A DNA stretch of 17,894 bases, from assembly GCA_000388065.2 (NCBI GenBank), contig KB932212.1; one strand, given 5' to 3'. Shown piece after piece: positions 1 through 8,844 of this stretch. The notes beneath the pieces were generated by a model. It was not told the DNA's origin and made no database searches. It worked only from the letters and a program-made list of their open reading frames with translations. Origin of the DNA: Fonticula alba ATCC 38817. Its lineage: Eukaryota; Protista; Nucleariida. Numbering within the stretch: position 1 is the first letter of the stretch; each line of letters opens with the position of its first letter. Position numbers and translations under genes: made by a program.

Positions 1-108
1 CCCCCCCCCCCCCACTCCCCTCCCTGCCCCCTGCCCCTCCTCCACCGCCCCCTCACACCTCTCCCCTTCGTGCGCCGTTTCTCCCCAGCCTCACAGCCGC
101 GAAGAGCC

Positions 109-2308
109 ATGATCCTTCCCTCGGTGGACCCCTTCACGCCGGTCGACGAGCAGGTTTCCGACGAGTCCGACCACGAGTGCACCCAGGAGGCTCACGACCC
201 CGAGCACCAGCACGATGAATCGTGCGCGCACGAGGCCGACACCCCGGCCGGCGTGACGGTCGTCAACGGTCTGACCATCGTCCATGACTTTGACATGTCC
301 ACTTTCCCGGCCGACGAGACTGTGCGCGTGCTGCCTCCGCCCCCCGCCCCACCGCATCCCCCCCCCCCCTCCCTTTCTCCGACGTGTCCTCAATTGACCG
401 CCCATCTGCTGATCGTACTGCCTCCCCCTTTCCGGGCATATGTCTCCACACGTGCGCGCTCATACGCAGTCTCTCTACCTGTTCAACGAGCGCCTCGGCC
501 GTATCCCCTCCATCAACCACTTTTCACAGCTCCGCGTACGTGCCCGCAGTCTGCCCCCCTCTCTTCCCCCTCTCTATTCGTCTGCCCCCTCTGCATCGCA
601 TTGACCTTTCAGCACATGGCCCCTGCCTAGTCGGTTGTCCTGACCAAGAACCTGCTCCGGACCATCGAGGGCCTGGACCAACTCGTCCAGCTGGAAGAGC
701 TGGATCTGTACGACAACTTGATCGATCGCATTTCCGGCCTCGAGAAGCTGGTCAACTTGCGGTACGCCCTGGCAGATGCGCACGCGACAACGCACCGCAC
801 GACATGGCGATCACTGACATTTCCCCTTCTCGCCCTCGCCCTCCTCCTCGCGATCCCCCTCCTCCTTGCGATCCCCCTCCTCCTCGCGATCCCCCTCCTC
901 CTGGGCCACCGCAGCCGCCTTGACCTGTCCTTCAACAAGATTCGCAAGATCGAGGGCCTTGAGACGCTGGTCAACCTTCGCCGGCTGTACCTCGTGTCGA
1001 ACAAGATCTCCAAGATGGAGGGTGCGTTATCTGCTTCCTCCCCTCGGTGCCGCTGCTTCCTGGGCTTTCCGCATTTCGTCTCCCCCCCCCCCCCCTGGCG
1101 CTCGACCTCACCCTCATCCCCATATTGAACTGTGTCCTCCCTGAAACATCCCGCCCATGTTCCCCACGGCAGGGCTTGAGTCCCAAAAGCACCTGGAGCT
1201 CCTTGAAATGGCCCACAACCGTGTCCGCGTACGCGCCACGCCCGCCCAGTGCCATCTGCCCGCCCTGGTCTCCCCCCCTCCTCCTCATTGACCGCCGCCC
1301 CTCTCCCCCTGCCCGACGTGTGTGCGCACATCCGCAGGTCATCGAAAACATCTCTCACATGTCGGAGCTTACCGAGCTCTGGCTCGCCCGCAACAAGCTC
1401 ACCTCCCTCGCCGGACTCGACGGCCTCACCTCCTTGACGCTCCTGAGCATTCAGGTGCGCTGTCACCCCCTGGCCCCTTGGGGAGCTGCCGCTGCATGCT
1501 GTCGCGGGTTCCTTTCTCTCGCCCTTTCCTGACTGAGTCCTCCCTCCTCCGCTCTACACACGCACGCGCGCGCACGCGCCCACTGGGACTGTCATCCAGT
1601 CCAACCGCATTTCCACTCTCGACGGCCTGTCCAAGGTCCCCGCCCTGGAGGAGCTCTATGCCAGCCACAATGCGATTGCCAGCCTCACGAGTCTGGCAGC
1701 CTGCCCGCGCGCAGAGATCGCCACCTCCGAACCCACTGAGCCTACGGAGGACGAAACCAGCCAGCTGGTGGCCCCGGTGGCCGCGCTCACCCTCCGCCGC
1801 CCGGCCACTGCCAGCCCCTTCGACATTTCGGACGGCGCCCTCGCAAATGTCCCGCACCTGACCACGCTCGATGTGGCGGTCAACCGTCTGCGCTCCTTCG
1901 AGGGGGCAGAGTGTCTCGTCTCCCTGCAGGAGCTCTGGGTACGTTGTCCCCTTCGCCCCTGCCCGCCCGTGCCATGCGCCTCTTGCTCCCTTCTGCCTCT
2001 CCCATTCTGACACGCCATCTTCCCGCCCCCCCCCCCTTCCCCTTCCCCAGGCCAATGGCAACCAGATTTCCGACTTCCGCGATGTCGAGCGGTACATCTC
2101 CCCCTCCAAGGACTCCCTGCAGACCATCTATCTCGAGCACAATCCCCTGCGGGCTGATCCACAGTACCATCTGAAGCTTAAGATTCTCTTCCCCGGGTTG
2201 ACTCAGATCGATGCTGTCCACCTTCGACCCGGCATGACTCCAATGGCGGCCGCGGCCGCCGGCGTGGCCGTCGATTCCGGGACGCCCTCCCCCTATCGCG
2301 CCATGTAA
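109..2308 (+). CDS. SDS22: Protein phosphatase 1 regulatory subunit SDS22/PPP1R7 (12 LRRs + LRRcap), 428 aa; join(109..321,470..535,631..761,915..1021,1173..1228,1338..1454,1600..1938,2051..2308)
   Basis: Seven GT-AG introns with consistent phases give a 1287-nt ORF ending in TAA. It contains 22-aa SDS22-type LRRs (LEELDLYDNLIDRISGLEKLVN, LRRLDLSFNKIRKIEGLETLVN, LTELWLARNKLTSLAGL) and a C-terminal cap (LQTIYLEHNPLRADPQYHLKLKILFPGLTQIDA) resembling human PPP1R7 as I recall it. The start at 109 is less certain: a possible acceptor at 87-88 could indicate an upstream exon outside the window. Confidence 0.93.
841..902 (+). repeat. 18-bp minisatellite (CTCCTCCTCGCGATCCCC) x ~3.4 in SDS22 intron 3
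   Basis: Units at 841, 859 (one C>T change) and 877, with a partial unit at 895, read directly. Confidence 0.9.
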
Positions 2309-2346
2309 TTCCTGATCCAGCAGGGGGCGCGACACGGAAGTCCCCC

Positions 2347-2356
2347 NNNNNNNNNN
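2347..2356. other. Assembly gap (10 N)
   Basis: N run next to a C tract. Confidence 0.99.
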
Positions 2357-2729
2357 CGCCTCCGCTGCGCCCTTTTCCGGGCGGCGTGTGGCGGAGCGCC
2401 GCGCTTCTGGCCCGGGTCCCCGGGCCCACTCTGCCTGGTGTGCATTCGCCCCTTTTCCCCCTGCGCCCCCCCCCCCCCCCCTGGTCCCTGCAGCTGCCAG
2501 GCATGTGCCCTTGTGTTGAGGGGGGCAAATGTGCAAGTGTATGCGTGTGCGTGGGGGAGAGAGACACCATCCTGGCAGCTCTGCCCCGGGCCCGGAGGGC
2601 GTCCTAAAAGGCTTTTTGAAAATGGACCAACGGTTGCACGCCCCTCGGGGGTCGGGGGTTTCACCTTCACCCTTGGCCCCGGCGCCAGCTTCTGCGCGTG
2701 CCGTCCGAGCGTGCCGCTGCTCGTCCTTC

Positions 2730-2760
2730 CACACACACACACGCACACACACACACATAC
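2730..2760 (+). repeat. (CA)n microsatellite
   Basis: About 15 CA units with one CG interruption. Confidence 0.9.
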
Positions 2761-3200
2761 ATGCTTTGATGCAGCACAGCCCACCCCGTCCCCCTCTCGT
2801 CATACCCCTCGGTGTTCCCTCGGCCCCTTGGCTAGGTCCTAGGATGGTGGGCGCGGTTGCTCGCACGCGAAGATAGCCCTTCCCCCCCCCCGGCTTGAGG
2901 CCGACCGTGGCACTTCAAGATACTACACTTGTGTGGTGCATGTGCACCCGCTCTCCCCCCCGCTCCTCACAGCTTGCCAGCAGGCATCATGCCGCAGAAA
3001 GAAAAAAAAAGAAAAAAGAAGAACCCCCGCCGCTGGCCTCTCCGTCGCCCGAGATTCAACGGCATCCCGGCACGTGAATTTCCACTTCGCCGTCGGCGCC
3101 ACCGCCGTTCTCCGTCGCCCCTCCCCGCCCCTGGCAAGGGGGGGGGGGGGGAGGGGAACCAAAAGGCCTCAATCCCCGCCCTTCCCCGGGACAAAGCGTC

Positions 3201-3210
3201 NNNNNNNNNN
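3201..3210. other. Assembly gap (10 N)
   Basis: N run. Confidence 0.99.
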
Positions 3211-3321
3211 CCCGCCGCGGCGCCCCCCCCCCCCTGGGGTGCGGCCCCCTTGCCCCCTCTCGCCGGCGCCCGTGCCCCCGGCGGCGCGCGACCGGCATTT
3301 GCACATACACGCAGCCGGCAA

Positions 3322-3465
3322 GCGCGCGCGCGCGCGCACGCCCCCGCGCAGGGAGAGTGGGCAGTCGTCGGGCCCGGGGCGCGGCGATTTTGGGGGCGCC
3401 ACGTACACACACACACACACGGACACAGACACACATGGATGCGCATACGCGCACACGCGCGCGCA
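3322..3465. repeat. Alternating purine-pyrimidine tracts, (GC)n and (CA)n
   Basis: (GC)8 at about 3322-3337 and a mixed CA/CG alternating tract at about 3401-3465. Confidence 0.75.
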
Positions 3466-4192
3466 CTGCCCGATGATGGCGCCGCCGCCGGCCCCTGCGG
3501 CAACCGCGGCCGTCGCCTGGGCAGGGCGGCCCGTAACCCCGGCGCGCCCCTGCTTCTTTCGGCTCCCCCCCCCCCCCCCCGCGGCCGCGCCCCCCGTGGG
3601 AGACAGACCGAGAGCTGGCCGGCGAAGGGGGGGGGCGGGGGGCGGGGGGCGGACAGAGGCAGGGCAGCTGCATGGCTGGGCCCCCGGGCCCTGCCCCGGC
3701 CGGCGCACTCGCCCGCGGGCCCGCGAACCGGCGCAAGGGGGCGAAGGCAACCACATGCACGCGCACGCACCCCCGCCCCAAGAGCGCGCGGAGCCGGAGG
3801 GAAAAAAACACCACGCCCCCAGAATGGCCCCTGCCCCCCCCCCCCCCCCCGGTGTCTCGCCCGCCGGCGGCGGCCAGCACGTCAACCCATCCCCCGGCCG
3901 GCAAGGAGACCGGGGCAACCGCCGGCACGCACAACACACGCGCATGCGCGCACGCGAGCCGTCCGGCGCCGCCCCTGTGGCAAGGCACCTCGGGCAGGGA
4001 CCGCCCCCTCCCGGCCGACGGCCGGGCCGCGTCCCGGGCATGATGCTCGCGCCACGCCCCCCGCCAGGACACCCGCCACACCCCGGCGCCCGGGGGGGGG
4101 GGGGGCAGAGACGCGCGCACCCGCGCATGCGCGCCCTCTTGCGTATGGCTCCGCATATGCGGGACATGACAGGGCACGCGGCGGCCGCCCCC

Positions 4193-4202
4193 NNNNNNNN
4201 NN
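4193..4202. other. Assembly gap (10 N)
   Basis: N run flanked by C runs. Confidence 0.99.
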
Positions 4203-4240
4203 CCCCCCCCCCCCGGTCAGAGAGCCGAGGGGTCCGACGT

Positions 4241-4294
4241 GGATCCCCCCGGAGGCCGGCACGGATCCCCCGGAGGACGGCACGGATCCCCCGG
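4241..4294 (+). repeat. 21-22-bp tandem repeat (GGATCCCCCGGAGGMCGGCAC) x ~2.5
   Basis: Units start at 4241, 4263 and 4284; each begins with GGATCC. Confidence 0.85.
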
Positions 4295-4748
4295 CAGGGG
4301 GAGAACGCGACAAAGAGGTGGTGACGCATACCCGTCGAGGAAGGCCACCGGCCGACGCGGCCGACGCCCGGACAACAGCCCCAGCCCCGTCCCCACGACG
4401 GCCGGCGGCGCGCTTCCCCGTCCGCCCCACGGCAGGGCGGCCCGATTGTTGGGGTGCACACACGGTGCGGACCGCTTCTCCCGAGCCGGAAGGCGCCACA
4501 GCAGGGATACTACAACCCGGGGAATGGGGCGCGCCCGGGCCGGCCGGCGATCTGTCCACGACACTCTTGGGGGGGCTGCCTCGGCTGGCTGGTCTGGGCA
4601 ACGGCCGCGCGGGGGGGGGGGGACGGAGGCGGCGCACAGCCCCGCGGCAGCGGCCCCAGGGGCCTACAATGTTGGGGCCGCCCTGCTTGGGGGCGGGGGC
4701 GCCCGCACGGATCTAGCAGCAGGGCATCTAGATGGCCTGCCGCCGGGG

Positions 4749-4758
4749 NNNNNNNNNN
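4749..4758. other. Assembly gap (10 N)
   Basis: N run between G and C runs. Confidence 0.99.
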
Positions 4759-5294
4759 CCCCCCCTCCTTCTCCCCACGCAGTTTCAGGGTCTTCTCAAT
4801 AGACAGCACTTCTCCCTTTGCCAAATGTCCCCGCCGAAGGCACATCCACGTTTTGGGAGTTGGATCCCCCGAGTGGCGGGGACCTGCCGGCTTTCGACTG
4901 ATGCATCCAAAATACCCGGGCGCGTACGGGGAGAACGGGGGGAAAGTCCCAAGTCCCGACGGACGGTGCTAGATTCCGCGTTCCACAGACGCATGGTGGC
5001 CGGGGCCAGGCATTGTGTTGCTTAGCCTGACCAGGATGAAAGGGGCGACCGCTGCCGAGGGCACCCCTCGCCAAAAAGAGCGAGGCAACGGGCGAGACGC
5101 GGCTCGCAGATGAAAGTGCCGGACGCGCAGATTCCCACCCGCCTCCCAGTCAATCGGCTATTCCCCGTGAGTGCGTGTATTTGGTCTCCACCACGGCAGA
5201 GTGGGCCAGGCTGCTTCTTCTTGCGAGAAAGATTGAGGCCATGCAGGGCGCGATGGTCAGACACATCAAGCACACACGCACGCGCTTTCGCCAT

Positions 5295-6319
5295 TCAAAA
5301 GGCCTGTCTGTTCAGCGGGGTGGCCTGGGCGGCCCTGCGAGCGGCATACTCGAGGAAGCGCTCGCTTGGAGGCTGGGCCTCACGCAGGGGAATGCCCCCA
5401 GGCTGCTCCACCGAGGGCCGGCAGAACGACGGCACCGGGGTCAGGCGATGTGAAGACAAACTGACGATGAGCTCCGCCGCCTCGGGAACCGTATGGCGAA
5501 GGGACTCCAAGTGGCGAGCCAGCGCCAGCGCCAAGTCCGAGGTTGGAAGCGAGATGACGGCGCTGCAGTGCTCCTCCGTCAGGGGGGAATTCGAGAACAG
5601 CCGGAAGTACACGCCAGCCGGGTTGAGGACCACATTCGAGGGGGCGCCAACCTGCAGCAAGTCCGTCCCACAGAGGTCGCCCTTGTCCAAGCAGGCAGGG
5701 TCGTCGGCATCGGTGGCTTCCAGCGGAGAGGTGGCCGGCTGCTTGGCCGGGCCGGTCAGGATGAAGGACGCCACTTCGGAGGGGAAAAGCGCAAAGAGCC
5801 CCTCGAGCCCCAGGGACTTGGGGATCTGGTGGATCCAGATCTTCAGGGCTGTTTGCTCAAATGCCTCCGGAGCAAAGGTAGCGAAGGCGGCGGCCGTGCG
5901 CCGGAAGGGCAATCCAATCCCCCGGATCGGCAGCGGAGTCGATGGAGCAGGCCCCGCCAGAGGGATGGTCCGGGCCCCGGGCGAAGCGGGACCCGACTGC
6001 ACAGAGCCCGGAAGAGGTGGGCAGTCAGAATGAGGACACGGTCGAAGGAACCGAGGGGCAGCATGAGGAGGAAAGGACACACCAAAGTCGGGGAGGAATC
6101 CACGGGCTGGCTTGAAAGAACGGGCGTTGTGGCCGAGGGTGTCATCGAAGGCGATGGACTAGGGCTGGGAGGGCATGATGGGAAGTCCACCACCAACATC
6201 AGAGGAGTTCCGGGGGAATAGAACGGGCGTTCAGTCCCCGACATGATTGGGAGAACATATTTGGCAGACTCGCTCGGGGTCGCGGCCGAAGCTTTTGCCT
6301 TCTTGGTGCGGGGAGGCAT
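5295..6319 (-). CDS. Hypothetical protein, ~312 aa, possible divergent RRM-like domain; complement(join(5295..5996,6083..6319)); 3' structure uncertain
   Basis: ATG at 6319 (MPPRTKKAKAS). An 86-nt GTGTGT...TGCAG phase-0 intron joins two open frames into one. GC3-rich codons and antisense shadow ORFs (5110..6033, 5493..6221) are typical of real coding DNA here. No family was recognised with confidence. Confidence 0.65.
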
Positions 6320-6810
6320 AGCAAGAGGAGAAAAGAATGGGCCAAAGCGCGTGTGGGTGGCGTGGATGGTGTGGAGGGCCGGGGTGGTGCGGAGGACCGG
6401 GAGACCGGGATGACGGAGGGCGGAAGGAGAAGGGGCGGGGGGAGGAGGAACAAAAGGAAGAGAAAGCGAGGAAGGGCGCCAGCAGGATGACAGGCAAAGA
6501 TAGAGGGACGAAGAAGGGAGAAAGCAAAGAGGGGAGGGTGTCAAAAAGAGAGGGAGGAGAGTGGCTATGGGAAAGACGTCCCCGGGAGACGGACCGCCAG
6601 CAAATGAATGTCATCCCAAGCCCCTCCGACACGGATGGTCGAGTAAGAATGGGGCACGGCCACACGCCCATTCCAAGCAATCTGCCACGGTGAAGCCAAG
6701 GTGGCGAGGATCAACCCAACACAGCATTCTCACATTGGGAACAAAGTGTGCAAGACTCCCGGCGATGGTGGCGCGGGAGCAGAGGCATCCGGTCGCAGAC
6801 ACTTCAAGCA

Positions 6811-6990
6811 CATATTTATGTGTGTCCCGAAATACTTTTATGTCAGTATTTGGAAACCTCATTTGGGGCTTTATTTTCTTTTTCTCTCCTGATGAAGTGG
6901 AGAATTGAGGGACTTTGTTGCCATAAAAGAATTAGAAACTATACAGCCCTCCCTTTTAAGATATCTATATTTGTAGGAATATATACATCA
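6811..6990. promoter_or_regulatory. AT-rich island, candidate bidirectional promoter / nucleosome-depleted region
   Basis: Hand count gives about 34% GC over 6821-6990 in an otherwise GC-rich window. It lies upstream of the minus-strand gene, at a switch in C/T strand skew. Confidence 0.45.
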
Positions 6991-7174
6991 TTCTCCTCAT
7001 CTTCGATCGTCAGTGTCCCTTTTTCTCCCCACCGCACGGTCTTCCCCGCTAGTAACTCGCCGCAACAGGGCAGACCAGCCCGCAGCCGGGCGAGGCACCC
7101 AAAAGGCTGCTCGGTTTTTTCCCACCCCGCCCCCCTCACCAGCAGCCCTTCCCTCCCCTCTTCCTTTCATCGTC

Positions 7175-8844
7175 ATGCCTTTTTCGCTCCCGCCCTCCAT
7201 GCCACACATCCGCTTGCTTCTCCATGAGGCTGCTTGAACCAGTCGACATGTAGATCACCAGTCGCGCACCAACTGCATTTCGCGCTGAATACCTCCCCCT
7301 CTCCTTCTGGCGGCCTACTATTATGACCTGGTTCGTCGCTTGCACCGCCTCCCATCGCCCTTCCTCCGCTCCCCATGTCCTCCCTTCACAAGGCCTCCAT
7401 CGGATCCGGGGGGGGGGGGCTTTGAAAGGGCATCTCCCCCTCGCCGATGGCACACATTTGTGGCTGCCTTCTGGGACATCCTCATCAACGACAGGAGGGT
7501 TTCAAAGTGTGGCGTTCTCCCTTCCTGCCTGCTGTACAGGGGATGCCGCTTCGAGACGGCGGCTTTCCCCTCCTCTCCCGAGGCAGCTAGCCTACTCGCT
7601 GCCTGTCGGCACGCATGGTGGGCACCGGTCAAGCGCCCCTGCTGTTCAGGCGTGTTCTGACTTTTCGCTCTTGAGTTCACAATGTCCAGATGCCTATCGG
7701 CTCTGTTGTGCACTCGTGAATGGGCTCTCCCCTCCCTTTGGGCACCCACCCTCGCTGCGTCCTCCCCAGCCGGGCAAGATCCCTCACCCTCCGGTGTCGA
7801 ATGCTCCTGCTCCTTGACAGCCGACCCGTCCGATGTCGGCATGAGACGGTGCTATTCTGGAAAGAGACTCCCTAGCCGAAGCATCAGCACTGCCCCGGCA
7901 GCACCCAGCCTCTGGCAAGACACGCCGGCCCCAGAGACAGCAGGGCGACATCGCGTGGACCGCCTTCACCTCGGCCTTGGTGTTCCCCCTCCGATGCCGC
8001 CCGTCTGGCTGTCGCTCTACAGGTGCAGGCTTGGATCCTCCGATCAGACCGCCCTCGGACGATGAGGATGGCGCGGCTGGGCTTTGGCCACATGTGCGAA
8101 GCGCGAGCCATGCCCTCAAGAAGGCCCTGCATGCCAGGCAGGAGCACGCCGGCTTGATCGGCCGCATGCCCCTGAGACAGGGTCCTTCCGGCCAGCCTGC
8201 CGGAGCGACGGCTTACTCCCGGGAGCGTCGTTCCTCCCCAAATTTGAACCCCTCCCTCCCGCGGAAATGGGGACAAGCAGTCTGCCAGGATCGGCGGCTG
8301 TCAGCCCCGAGCCCACTCCCTGCCCTTGGACCCATGTGTGGGGGTTGCCTTGCCGGCTTCTGATCAGGGGGGAGGAGGGGGAATGGCACTCGCCAGGTTG
8401 AGGCCCTTTATGCTGGAAAATGCCGAGCTATGCCGGCGTCCGAAAAGGCACGCCCCCCAGGCACCTGGCCGGCCCTTCTGCTGACCCCTACTTGGAGGAA
8501 GCGGCAGACACCTGGGCACTGGCCACAGCCATGGCCATAACACAGACGATTGGGTGTCTGGCGTTCCTGAGATCCCATTGTGTGCGGGTGGCCCTCGCCC
8601 CAGGATGTCACAGGAACCCGCCACCTTCGGCAACGACATCGCCCTGACGCTCAGGATTCGCGTCTCGCCATCTTGCCTCCTCAGACCAAGGGTCTCTCCC
8701 TCACCGGGCCACCATGAACCATGCCTCTGGTCACCGTTGGTGCTGGTCCCTGGGTCTGATCGAGACTGCGGGCCACTTTGTCCAGCCCCGCGCTGCCCCC
8801 CGATTTTGCCCCTCTTGTCCCAGCAAATTCAATTATTCGAGTAG
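7175..8844 (+). pseudogene. Putative degenerate or unresolved coding unit (no recognisable domain)
   Basis: C/T-skewed + strand as in the confirmed genes. Overlapping protein-like open segments (7289-7660 LLLAAYYYDLVRRLHRL...WHTFVAAFWDILINDRR; about 7845-8363; 8554-8844) do not join into one ORF. Confidence 0.25.

Noticed and set aside
615-626. CATGGCCCCTGC, a 12-nt match to U6 snRNA
   Set aside because: GC-rich 12-mer inside an SDS22 intron, with no ACAGAGA box or other U6 sequence; chance.
1426-2127. Antisense ORFs over SDS22 (also 5110..6033, 5493..6221 and 16220..17005 over the other genes)
   Set aside because: Shadow ORFs typical of GC3-rich coding DNA.
2929-4716. 595-aa + ORF and overlapping 250-460 aa ORFs on both strands
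   Set aside because: They read through N gaps and consist of Arg/Pro/Ala/Gly from G/C runs; stop depletion is compositional and no domain is visible.
4937-4950. GGGGAAAGTCCC: RNase MRP P4-like motif, and reverse complement of the canonical kappaB site GGGACTTTCC
   Set aside because: No convincing CR-V partner strand downstream for MRP; a single 10-mer is plausible by chance, and NF-kB presence in this lineage is unknown.
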